Part shown: positions 1 through 11,826 of the stretch, in pieces
How positions within the stretch are numbered: position 1 is the stretch's first letter
How the letters are laid out: each line of letters begins with the position of its first letter
DNA from: Paraspadella gotoi
Lineage: Eukaryota; Animalia; Chaetognatha
Direction: 5' to 3'
NCBI GenBank assembly: GCA_051294375.1
Contig: CM119263.1
Coordinates: 27,316,264-27,380,263 of the forward strand
Length of the DNA stretch: 64,000 bases
The notes under the pieces: generated by a model
The model's input: only the letters and a program-made list of their open reading frames with translations
Told to the model about the DNA's origin: nothing
The model's database searches: none
Position numbers and translations under genes: made by a program

Positions 1-1433
1 TGAATACTATTGCAAACCAATTCATAAAACAGTATAGGAGCCAGTTTCTCAAATTTCTCAGATTGAAATATTCTTGATTAAAAACTTGCAGAGTCTGCTA
101 TGTTATTAGATAACGAGAGGGATGGAGACCTTAACTCTCAATAGCCATTAATAAGTTATTGTTTATATAATGAATGAATAATTTTATATATTTAGGGGAT
201 TTTTTTTGTCAACGCGGCAAACCATTAAACCCTTAAAATAGTTTAGGTTAATTCGAGTTCGCTTATAACGAAATATTCCCTTTAACGAGCTGAGGTGCCA
301 GAACCTCGTAAAATCGTCTGTCGTACAACCTTGGACCAAATTCAATTTTTGAAGAAAAAAAAACGATATATATCCAGAATAATTCTTTTCATAATCAAAT
401 TATCTTTCAAAAAAAAAGGGCATGTCTAATTGTAAAGAGAAATATTCTCTGATACGAATCCGGGCCTACCTTGTCATATCCTGTCACAAAAATTATCTGG
501 TCCAATAATTAGTAAACTTAGTTTTATTACTTCTGAAGTTTCGCGTCTGGCTCCGTTTGATCGATGCACAGTGAACCGATGCACAGTGAACCGAACGGAA
601 AGAAAACACAGAAGTTTTGCGAATGGGACAATTCTTTTTAAAAGGGAAACGGATTGGTATTTGTAAAAAAATGTTTCCATAAGTAAATATTGTAAAAAAA
701 ATGTAAATGGCGGCCGGGGGCGAATGTTTTCCTCAAAAACAAAATCGATAAGAGTCGAAGTTAAAAAGGACGATTCGGGGGGAATGTGTGTGTGTGTNNN
801 NNNNNNNNNNNNNNNNNNNNNNNNNNNNNNNNNNNNNNNNNNNNNNNNNNNNNNNNNNNNNNNNNNNNNNNNNNNNNNNNNNNNNNNNNNNNNNNNNNNN
901 NNNNNNNNNNNNNNNNNNNNNNNNNNNNNNNNNNNNNNNNNNNNNNNNNNNNNNNNNNNNNNNNNNNNNNNNNNNNNNNNNNNNNNNNNNNNNNNNNNNN
1001 NNNNNNNNNNNNNNNNNNNNNNNTTCTTTTCTCAGGATGATTTTTTTTTGTCTTTTTTTCTGTTTATCTTTCTTTAATTTTTATTTTTCTTTCTTTTGGG
1101 ATCATTTTCATTTTATTCCAGTAGCTTTCGGATTTATTTTCGCAAATTATATTCTTTTTTTTTCTTTTTTTNNNNNNNNNNNNNNNNNNNNNNNNNNNNN
1201 NNNNNNNNNNNNNNNNNNNNNNNNNNNNNNNNNNNNNNNNNNNNNNNNNNNNNNNNNNNNNNNNNNNNNNNNNNNNNNNNNNNNNNNNNNNNNNNNNNNN
1301 NNNNNNNNNNNNNNNNNNNNNNNNNNNNNNNNNNNNNNNNNNNNNNNNNNNNNNNNNNNNNNNNNNNNNNNNNNNNNNNNNNNNNNNNNNNNNNNNNNNN
1401 NNNNNNNNNNNNNNNNNNNNNNNNNNNNNNNNN

Positions 1434-1470
<37 letters not shown>

Positions 1471-1949
1471 CTCCGCTCGAGAATCGCGAGTTTTCTCCTC
1501 TGAGAGACGAATATCCGCGGAAGACGAAAAACGCAANNNNNNNNNNNNNNNNNNNNNNNNNNNNNNNNNNNNNNNNNNNNNNNNNNNNNNNNNNNNNNNN
1601 NNNNNNNNNNNNNNNNNNNNNNNNNNNNNNNNGTCTCTATTTTTTATACTGACGAAGTCGAAACAAAAGTCGAGTTCTTGATAAAACTTGAATACTAGAA
1701 TTTGATTAAAACAAATTCTAAACAGCTGACGAGATGATCATTCGACATCTTAATAACTTTTCTGTCCCAATATTGAAACAATTCCTCAGCGTCCAAAGTG
1801 TGATTTCCCTACTTGTCACAAAACGAGAGAGAGACAGAGACAGTGAGAGAGTGAGAGAGAGGCAAGAATGAGTCGGAACTTCGCGGACGCCATACTCAGT
1901 CCTCACACTCCAACGAACTTCTTGTCTTTCACGGATCAGCGGACGAACG

Positions 1950-2085
1950 AATTACATCACGTGACACGTTTCACTCTCCGCCAATCAACGGCCGGAGATT
2001 CCATGACCGGTGTCGTTCTCTGCCAATCAGATCGAAGAATCGTCTGGAATAAAGTCTAGCAGAGAAGTCTTATCGGTGACCAGAG

Positions 2086-2144
<59 letters not shown>

Positions 2145-2270
2145 AATAAAGAGAGGAAGTAAAGAAGAAAAAAAAGAAAAGAAAAGATCTCCCTTTCAGA
2201 TCTGAAATTTATCACCTCAGTTTCGCTTCGATTTGAAATTTTCCATCGTTAGATGGAACTTCCGGTTCCG
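1950..2270. promoter_or_regulatory. Promoter-like motif cluster (E-box, two CCAAT boxes, GA tract, ETS site)
   Basis: TCACGTGAC 1957-1965; CCAATCA at 1981 and 2023; (CT)n 2088-2139; ACTTCCGGT ~2258-2266. Confidence 0.4.
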
Positions 2271-5200
2271 CGAATCTAGTAGCGTGTTCTTTTGTTTTTC
2301 TAAAGTCAACTCTATCGACATATTACAATAAGTTTTAGAGTATTAATGAATGATTTACGGCAAAGAATTCGATCCATCCATTTTTCGCCATTCATCGATT
2401 TCTCAGTAATCAATTTTAGCCGTAATTAACTCAGATTACTCCATTTTTCCTTTGACAAATCTCTCTCTCTCTCTNNNNNNNNNNNNNNNNNNNNNNNNNN
2501 NNNNNNNNNNNNNNNNNNNNNNNNNNNNNNNNNNNNNNNNNNNNNNNNNNNNNNNNNNNNNNNNNNNNNNNNNNNNNNNNNNNNNNNNNNNNNNNNNNNN
2601 NNNNNNNNNNNNNNNNNNNNNNNNNNNNNNNNNNNNNNNNNNNNNNNNNNNNNNNNNNNNNNNNNNNNNNNNNNNNNNNNNNNNNNNNNNNNNNNNNNNN
2701 NNNNNNNNNNNNNNNNNNNNNNNNNNNNNNNNNNNNNNNNNNNNNNNNNNNNNNNNNNNNNNNNNNNNNNNNNNNNNNNNNNNNNNNNNNNNNNNNNNNN
2801 NNNNNNNNNNNNNNNNNNNNNNNNNNNNNNNNNNNNNNNNNNNNNNNNNNNNNNNNNNNNNNNNNNNNNNNNNNNNNNNNNNNNNNNNNNNNNNNNNNNN
2901 NNNNNNNNNNNNNNNNNNNNNNNNNNNNNNNNNNNNNNNNNNNNNNNNNNNNNNNNNNNNNNNNNNNNNNNNNNNNNNNNNNNNNNNNNNNNNNNNNNNN
3001 NNNNNNNNNNNNNNNNNNNNNNNNNNNNNNNNNNNNNNNNNNNNNNNNNNNNNNNNNNNNNNNNNNNNNNNCCCGGAAATACAGTTTAGCCACCGATTTC
3101 GCCATCGCAAGATTGCGAAACAAAATCGCACGACGTCTGCGTTTTCGTCTCCGGTTTCAGTCGAAGATCTCGATTTGGCTAAAAAGAAAAAACCGGAAAA
3201 AGAAAATTAAAAAAAGACTAAAAGAAAGAATAAAAAAGAAAGAAGAAAAGAAAACCGTAAAGAAAATAACTGGAAATCTTCAAGGTCGTCGTCGTCGTCG
3301 TCGTCGTCGGTCGTCGTCGACGAAGCGTTCGAAGGATCAAAAGGGAGGACAAGGAGGGGATGGAGGGGGCTTAATTGAGGTTTTTTTTCCTCGAAATTCG
3401 ATCTCATCGATTTTTGGTTCCGAGATTCGGCGTCGCCTTCCCTGCTGTTGACGATGGAAACGTCTCTACAGCTGCTGCGGTGGAAACGTCATATCATAAA
3501 TATGACCGTATAAATATTCCTATATCTCTTCTTCCATATGGTCAGGCGTCATTTAGCCATACAGTTTAAGAGTTTTAAAAAGTCATATTCACATCCATTC
3601 GCGTTTTCGTCCGTCCGTCCGTCCGTCCGTCCTTCCTTAATCCCGTCCGTCTGTCTTTCCTTGTTTTAAGATCCCTATCGCGTCAACAAATGGAGACGTG
3701 AAGAGTCACTCGAGAAAATAAAAGCAACGAAAAAGGAAAATAAAGGGAAAAAAAAGGTAAGAATAAAGGAAGAAAAGAAAAAGGATCCTTTTTTCTTTCT
3801 TCTAATCTCGTTGACTCGAGGATCTTCTTTCCAGTTGAGATTTTCCTTCTTCGCCCCGAAGCTAAAAAGCTCGACATCCATATCTCATTGAATCTGATCT
3901 CGATCTTCCACGCGGCTTGCCGGTGCTTGCCGATCGGAGAAGCTGCTTGGTGGAATTTCGACGCTCGCCGATGCCTTGCGGGAAAGCGTCGGTTCTTGAC
4001 CGAGTCGAGTATTAGTTATCCTATGACGGATGATATTGATATGTCGAATTCGCTTTTGTTTTATTCAACTTCTTTTTTTCTGATATTAAAGTAATTAAGG
4101 AAATGTCAAACTTGTAATATAGTAGGATCTGTTTATTACCGTCTGGTAAGTTTAGAATTCCGATTTCGTTTTCATCGAAATCTTTTGGTCATTTTAGTCA
4201 TTGCAGGCAACAGAAGATGTCAATCTTGACGGACCTACACTGGTATCGCTTCAGTCAACCTTCTTTCAATACAGCTATGTACCTTATTGTACTTTCATCT
4301 AAAAACGTGTATACTAAACGTTAATAGGAATAAATTATTAATTTAGTTCGGAAAAAGTCCTGGTTTAACTGCAATATTTTAAAAAAGTGTTGGAGATGTT
4401 CCAAATGTAGGGACCGGTACAAAAATTTAAGATTTGCTTTCTTTCTGCTAATTTAATTATGAATTTGTGTATATGTATATATATATATTTATGTATACAT
4501 CTAATATATATATATATATATATTTATTTATGTATACATCAATTTCTGCTCTTCTTTTCTGAGCTACATTTTTTAACCGAATTCCTTTAAGCAAAGGTTA
4601 AAAGGTAAAGTTTAAGCCTGCATCTTCTTTTTATTAATTTTAATCATTACCTGGCATTCCTGGTATAAAAATTATACCATAACTTTTTTTTCCTAAAGAT
4701 GAAATTTTATCAATTTATTTTTTAAATATAGTTTAAAAAGCTCATAAAATTAAGAATATTATAATTTTAGCCTTTTAATTTGTATTATAGGGCTAAAAGA
4801 TAGAAAATAATGCTAGGCCATCATTAATCTCTTTTTTCATCCTTTTTATTCGCTCTTTAATTTTTATACATTCTCCATCAATTTTTTTCGATTTTAATCC
4901 TTTAAATTAAAAAAAATCTTAAACAAAATTTAAAATTAATCTATTTAAAAATACAATAAATATTATGATAAAATATATCTTTATTTTCATATTAAAATTT
5001 TGAAGAATAGAATCAGAAGAGAATACACTAATTTTATACTCATACATCAATTAATTATACAATAAAATAATTTTTATAAAAAAAACTATTGACGTATTAA
5101 AAGCCAGGAAATCAGGCGACTCATTTTCAAAGTTTAAAATATAGTAATAGAGTTAAGCTTATGCTTCAGTATTATATGTTTATATGTTCGGTTTAACGCC

Positions 5201-5346
5201 AAAATTTGTTTTTTATAGAATATTATTTTCCTTAAAATTTATTTTACATCTTCGCGTCTTAAAAAATAAACCAAAAGAGAAACAATTGAATCCAAAACAA
5301 GTGACTGTGTTCGAAACCTCGTTTCCACTCTTTCTATTCAGTCACG

Positions 5347-5399
<53 letters not shown>

Positions 5400-5780
5400 C
5401 AACATCAGGAAAAGAGGAGGAGTAGCCAACGTTAGTAAAGGCGACAAGGAAGAGGTGAATGAGACTCGCATGGCTGCTGTTTTGACTCATGTTTTCAAAC
5501 GGAGCTGTTTCCAGAGTGCCAGAACCAACTCTACCTTTACTCTACCTTCACGGTTTAATCAAAATTCGTATGTACTTTATTTACATTTTTTACAAATTGT
5601 TCAATTTATTTGTTTTTTTACCAGAAACTTCAAACAAGAAAAGAAATTATACTAAAACTTCACCAGAAAAATCGTTCTGCAGATTGGATTACGATCGTTC
5701 TGCAGATTTGGATTACGTTGCCTATAAAGATAAAAAATGACTCTTCCGTAAAAAAAGATTCCTTCACAAATTTATTCACA

Positions 5781-7400
5781 ATGTCTTCAAAACAGGACCG
5801 AAGTTACTATTTTGATTATTCAAAGGAAAGTTCAAACGTTCCTGACTTTAAACTAGAGGAAAGTGCATCTATTAATAGCGAGCAAATAAATTGTACAAAT
5901 TTGAATGAATTTCAATTCAATTCCAAAGAGAAAAATTTTGTGAATCTTTCTGAGAGTCAGGATGTGAAGTTTTTGTCAGTATCCCCGAATCTAAACACGG
6001 ATATTAAGCAAGAGAGAGATATGACTCCAAATTTTTTGATTTTAAATCCTGTTTCATCGAAATCCAATATTTTGCCTCACAAATGCCAGGACACCTGGAA
6101 GTGCAATGAATGTGATTTTAAAACTGATTCAGAGACCAGTCTGAACATTCATAAGTCTATTCATGACACTGAAAAGCTATATAAATGTATTTATTGCGAT
6201 TTTTCGGCAAAACGCAAGTCAAATTTAGTTAAACATTTTATCAAACATAATGAATCCGAACTAATTAAATGCGATGAATGTCATTTTGAAACAAAAACAA
6301 AGCGTAATTTAAAAAATCATAAGTCTACAATGCATAGTGAAATTAGCCCAATTCAATGCGGTCTTTGTGATTTCGTTGCAAAAACAAAAGGACTTTTAAA
6401 AAAACACAAATCCGAGCATTTTGAGGAAGAATCATCATCGACTTTAGCTTTCCAACTATACGAAACAATACATTCCGATGAGGAACCTTATCAATGCAAT
6501 CTCTGCGAATTTAAAACCAAAACAAAAGCTGCACTGGAGTTCCACATAATTTCTAAACATGATATTAAGCCATTTAAGTGCGATGAATGTGAATTTGAAA
6601 CAAAAACCCAGCAAAAGTTGAAATTACATCAATTGAGCCATTTGGGAAAAAAACCATTTAAATGCGATCAATGCGAGTTTAGATGTTCCCAAAGTACATA
6701 TCTTAAAAAACATCGTGCCGGACACTCGAACGTCAAACCTTATAAATGCGATCTATGCAGTTTTGAGACTAGAACAAATTTTTACTTAACTGAACATAAA
6801 AGGAGGCACGAAAAACTCATTACAATCGAGTGTAAAGACTGCGATTTTAAAACGGTTTCTAGTAATGAGTTTGCCAAACATAGAAAAACACATGACGCCT
6901 TCCCAATCAAATGTGCCCTATGTACTTTCAAGACAAAGAAAACCTCGAAGTTGAAACAGCATGTTCAAGTGCGTCACAGTGACGAGAAGTCTTTTAAATG
7001 TTGTCAATGTGATTACGCGACGAAATCTCGGAAGTTACTAACTTTACACTGCAAAAAGCATCAAAGTGGCGAAACTTACAAATGTGATCTGTGCATTTTT
7101 GAAACAATACAAAAAAGGAATTTAATTTTACACAAAGTTACACATGGAGACCAAAAACTGTTCAAATGTGAACAATGCGATTTTTTGTCAACAACAAAAG
7201 AAGGATTTAAAAAACATCGTCTTCGACATATAATCGATAAACCGTATAAGTGTAATCATTGTACCTATCAGACATTTATCCAACGTTATTTGGAAAAACA
7301 CAAATGTCAAATCAATTCATATGAAGAAAAAGATATAAAAAAAATCGATAATTTCGGTTTAGAGACAAAATTGATGAACTATGATGAAAAAATTGATTAA
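5781..7400 (+). CDS. Tandem C2H2 zinc-finger protein (~539 aa; 13 C2H2 + 1 terminal C2HC finger), apparently single coding exon
   Basis: Uninterrupted ORF 5610-7400; first in-frame ATG at 5781 (MSSKQDRS...). Repeated CX2CXF/YX8HX3-4H units (WKCNECDFKT...HKSIH through YKCNHCTYQT...HKC) with TEKLY/EEPY/KKPF/DKPY linkers. Acidic/polar N-terminus with SUMO-type motifs FKLE and IKQE. AATAAA at 7547-7552. An upstream exon cannot be excluded. Confidence 0.92.
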   Translation: MSSKQDRSYYFDYSKESSNVPDFKLEESASINSEQINCTNLNEFQFNSKEKNFVNLSESQDVKFLSVSPNLNTDIKQERDMTPNFLILNPVSSKSNILPHKCQDTWKCNECDFKTDSETSLNIHKSIHDTEKLYKCIYCDFSAKRKSNLVKHFIKHNESELIKCDECHFETKTKRNLKNHKSTMHSEISPIQCGLCDFVAKTKGLLKKHKSEHFEEESSSTLAFQLYETIHSDEEPYQCNLCEFKTKTKAALEFHIISKHDIKPFKCDECEFETKTQQKLKLHQLSHLGKKPFKCDQCEFRCSQSTYLKKHRAGHSNVKPYKCDLCSFETRTNFYLTEHKRRHEKLITIECKDCDFKTVSSNEFAKHRKTHDAFPIKCALCTFKTKKTSKLKQHVQVRHSDEKSFKCCQCDYATKSRKLLTLHCKKHQSGETYKCDLCIFETIQKRNLILHKVTHGDQKLFKCEQCDFLSTTKEGFKKHRLRHIIDKPYKCNHCTYQTFIQRYLEKHKCQINSYEEKDIKKIDNFGLETKLMNYDEKID

Positions 7401-7525
7401 ATGTTAGGTGTGAACACTGTGATTATACATCAACCTCATTTTAGTACTATAAAATTTATACTAAAATCCTGAAACTGAGAAACCGTTTATATTTAATTGT
7501 AATCGGTGTAATTACAAAAATTTAA
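7401..7525 (+). pseudogene. Decayed zinc-finger codons immediately 3' of the ZF stop codon
   Basis: Translates as RCEHCDYTSTSF* (7406-7444), then after a frameshift as PETEKPFIFNCNRCNYK (7468-7518). Same finger style as the intact gene. Confidence 0.7.
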
Positions 7526-7560
7526 TACAAAGATTTAACAAATGTAAATAAATTTAAGAG

Positions 7561-8190
7561 TTTTAAATCTTCGCGGGATCATAAAGCCTCGTTTCCACTT
7601 TTGAATAACTGTCACTTGATCTCATTTATTCTCTATTTCTCTGTTTGTAAAGAAACAGAAGAGTAGTTGTCAGCTTTATTCGTGGCGAAGGGGAACAGGC
7701 GGGTCATTCTTAGAGGAAAGAAGCCAGTCTTGACTCTCTGATTCAAATTTTATGTAGTATTTCATTTTGAACTATCGGATTACCTTATCATTGGCCAAAA
7801 TATTATAAGATTCTTGTTCTCCTCTTCTATTTCTATTATTAAAAATTCTTGTTTCGGTCGTTACATAATTTATTTATTTCCAATAGCAAGCACTTATAGA
7901 TATTACTTCCTGATTCTTATGCTCTCCATCGATGCTGTTCTATGCTTTCTTTACTTGCGAATAGTAACGGAATTTTATAACTCAGGCTTAACTGGAGTTG
8001 AAAGCAAAATTTATTCTCGAAAGCATGAAACTGAAAAACCAATTAAATGCGATGCTTGCAATTTTAAGGCTATGATTATTTAGACTATGATTTAAACTAA
8101 GATGACTCTCTAACCATATGATGAAAAACTAATTGTGATTTTACTTGTAAACTGCTGTGAAAAAAAATTTAATGCATTCTAAACATGCGT
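7561..8190 (+). pseudogene. Truncated/degenerate tandem paralog of the ZF gene (upstream-region copy plus finger remnant)
   Basis: 7561-7770 resembles 5242-5590: ttttaaatcttcgcg vs ttttacatcttcgcg; CCTCGTTTCCACT at 7587 and 5317; gtcacttgat vs gtcacgtgat. 8021-8071 encodes KHETEKPIKCDACNFKA. tatgatgaaaaactaattgtgatttta (~8117) echoes the gene's 3' end tatgatgaaaaaattgatt...tgtgattata. Confidence 0.7.
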
Positions 8191-9610
8191 TTTTATTTTC
8201 TTTCTATTGCGTTCAAATTAGGGGCAGGAAAATTAAACATCTTTGTTTATGTACGTACAAGCACATACAATTGTATTATTAACTTTCTTTTAAAAATTAA
8301 TATTAAAGCATATAGCTAAAGAGTCTATCCTTGAAAAGGACAGTAGTGAGAATTAAATAGCATAAAAGGAATTTGGAATCTTGGGATGTGATAAACTAGT
8401 AAATTGGAACGATAAATGTTCGGACCCTCATTCATCCGTGCCATCAATCTCGGGAGAGAGAAAAAGAATTACACGGTCCGATTCGGACGAACAGAATTCG
8501 GACAACCGGGATTCGGACGATCGGTTCTGACCCCGATTTCAACGGTTCGTAGATGATGATGACGACGACGAATTCCGGGCGCGGAGATGAGATTTTAGTA
8601 ACAAACGTCGATGGACACTAACGACTTGCCGTGGTTTTGTCGTACGAATTTTCACTAATCAGTGAATGGGGTTGCTTACATGTGTTTTTTTTTTTTGTGT
8701 TAAACTTAAAAGATTCCGAAACGAATTACTGTTACTTCTATCAAGCGGAAAATTTAAAATTTTCGAGTAAAAAAAAAAACCCAGCGGTTGGGGGTACTAA
8801 GGACCGAGGGAAAAAAAATCTTGGAAAATTCCAGGGATGGGCAACTTAATTTGAGGAGACTTAGGATCAAAAACAGAAGACGAAAAAGTTTTGATTAATG
8901 CTTATTTGTTAAATGGAGAAATACTCAATTAGCATTTTCGAGAAAATTAGTATACGGGAACAGATGCGTTAATTTGGGCTTCGTCACAGAGAGAAGAGAC
9001 GATAGAAAGACTGAAAAAAGGATAGAAAGAACTAAAACTAGGATGACAAAAATGGAAAAAAGTCGAGAAAAATATAAAAGACTAAAAGAAAGTCAGAATT
9101 AAATGAAAGACAGAAAAAAAATGAGAAAAAAATAGCGAGGAAAGATAGAAAGAAAAAAAGAAAGATAGAAAAGGAGGACAGAAGCAACATTGACAAACGA
9201 CGATTTGATGAGTTGAGAAAAAAAAATTTCGATACAAAAAACCGGAAAATTTTTTTTAAAGAAACAAAAATTGCGTTTTGAAAAATTATTGGAAAAAAAA
9301 CAGCCCAGAGCGCGTGGAAGGGGAGGACTAAGGCCCCCGGGGCTGTTGAAGGGAGTCGATAGGGCCGCAGTGTGTCCCTCGGGGTCTTGAGGGGCGTGGG
9401 GATTTGGATCGGGTCCTTTTGCGAGGCGTCGGGAGGGAGTGAGGTGGATGGGTAGTTTTAAGGCAAAAGCACGATTTTGGCAAAGGGGGAAGTGGGAGAA
9501 TGAAGAAAACGTTTTTCAATGGAAAAGCAAAAGACGAAAAAACTGATTGAGAGCGAGACACGAGCGTGACGGAGCAATAGAGAGGAAGAAAACGGCAGCG
9601 GTGCTGTTGA

Positions 9611-9686
<76 letters not shown>

Positions 9687-10052
9687 AGAGAAAGAGAGAG
9701 AGGGTAAGAGATGGGAATGACAAAGCGATGTGAAAAAAAGAGCCATCTCAATTAGAAAGAAAAGTTGAAAATGGAATGGCGAAGAGCGAGAGAGCGATGA
9801 AATAACTTTAGAGCGATTGAAAATAATTGGCGGACCAATGAAGAGCGAAGCGATGGATAGCAGCGCCCTCTACTATATATTGACAAAGGGGAATAAGATG
9901 ACAAAGTGACAAAGGGAAATAAGATGTCGCTTGTCACTACAGGAACATTTTCTTACGTCATTGAATTCCTTCTCAGACTCGGCACGATATGGAAATTATA
10001 AAGGGATAAGGACGAGACAAAGATTCTTGTATTTCTCACACCCGTGCGGTTT

Positions 10053-10087
<35 letters not shown>
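10053..10087. repeat. (TCG)n/(CGA)n trinucleotide microsatellite (representative)
   Basis: Also at ~3285, 17593, 17878, 23428, 44165, 50956, 56739 and 59703. Confidence 0.95.
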
Positions 10088-10194
10088 CTCTCAAATCGTC
10101 GTTTCATGGCGGGAAATCCGGAAATTGAATAACGAAAAAAATTGATTTTGACCGACATTTTTAAGAGAAGCGAGCGAATCTTTCGAGACACACT

Positions 10195-10227
<33 letters not shown>

Positions 10228-10927
10228 GCAGACTAAAATTTCAATCTCTCAGATTATGAGTGAACAAAAAAATTGAGAGAGAATTATTTTTGTTCCCTTC
10301 CAACAGTTATCTGCCCTAAATTTAGTCGAAGATCTGATGAATTAGATTTTTCGTTTCAAAATTTTGCGGTCAAATTCGTGAGTTTATTGTTTTTGGAGGA
10401 TGGCAAAAGACTTCAAAGTAAAGCTTAATAATTTTTTTTCTTTCGATTTCGGCTTTTATTTTTAAAATGTTAATCATTCCCTTTTGCAGTAAATCTCTTC
10501 GTGCCGAAAGGAATGCGAAAGAAGGAATGCTATGTTTTCTGGTCGATATTTCCTGAAATAAATTTATTGCATCTCATGCATTTTAGAAACATACGTTATT
10601 ACTGTGTCTATTTAAGATATTGTATTATTTATTCACTAAAAATGGTAAAACACCACACCATTTTAAGGTTTTTATGTAAATCAAAAGCCAGAATGTATCA
10701 AGTGATTATTAAGTCTTCGTTCACGATCATATCTGTCACTGTGAGAGGCATCATTTTGATTTGAAAGAAGCATCCCGTCAATATGAGTCAATTTCTGTCA
10801 GATCAAATTATGGAGAAGAATTTTTTCCTCTTAGTCATTCTAAATTGTTTATCTTTATTCGAAACAAATCAGATTTATGGCACCAAAAAATAAATACGTT
10901 GATTTTTTGTTCCTGCGTTCGTTTTTT

Positions 10928-11002
10928 GGTTCGTCCGTTCGTTTGTTCGTCCGTTCGTTTGTTCGTCCGTTCGTTTGTTCGTCCGTTCGTTTGTTCGTCC
11001 GT
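10928..11002. repeat. 16-bp minisatellite (GTTCGTCCGTTCGTTT)n, ~4.5 copies
   Basis: Directly visible; produces the VRPFVCSS / RTNE spurious ORFs. Confidence 0.85.
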
Positions 11003-11178
11003 AAGTTCAGAACATTTTTTGTTCTTTTACTTTCTCCTTCTTTCATCGATGCTCTTTCTTTTCCATCTTCCTACCATGCCATGCAACACCATGCATGCAA
11101 CACCATGCCTAATGCCCATCTATTTTTCTTTTCTTCTCCGCCCCCGCAAATCACTGACCAACCACTGACCCATTCCTC

Positions 11179-11269
<91 letters not shown>

Positions 11270-11524
11270 GCTCTCGCCACCGCGAACGAATGACCTTCGT
11301 CTCAAAAAAGCGACTGGAATCGATTGTCCAAAACTGCGTCAGTCGACGTCTCGATTCGTCGCGCGTCACAAAACGGAACAAAAAGAGTGACCATTGATCG
11401 TCGTGTCGTTGTTGTTGTTGTTGTTCGTCATCATCGACGTCAGTCTCGACCACCCATGACTCGGACCTCTATTTTCTCGAAAAATATCCTTTCAGTTGAC
11501 CGAAGTTCGCCGAGGGATGTGAGA

Positions 11525-11527
<3 letters not shown>

Positions 11528-11613
<86 letters not shown>
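11528..11613. repeat. (GA)n microsatellite (representative of dozens in the window)
   Basis: Pure GA tract. Others include 2088-2139, 5353-5396, 9614-9700, 11176-11266, 17067-17122, 24640-24690, 43430-43488. Confidence 0.95.
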
Positions 11614-11617
<4 letters not shown>

Positions 11618-11620
11618 CAT

Positions 11621-11785
11621 ATACTCAGCTTCCCGGACGCAGCCGTCCACCGGAGCAGCCGCGCGCGGCTGCCGACCGACTCACTTTTCCTTTCCGGCTT
11701 CTTCCGCACGATCGGGGAGATTTTTCTCTCTCGATGTGAGTCGGGCTTCTCCGGTCGAAGTCCGAGCGGATCGGGCCGGATCTCT

Positions 11786-11826
<41 letters not shown>

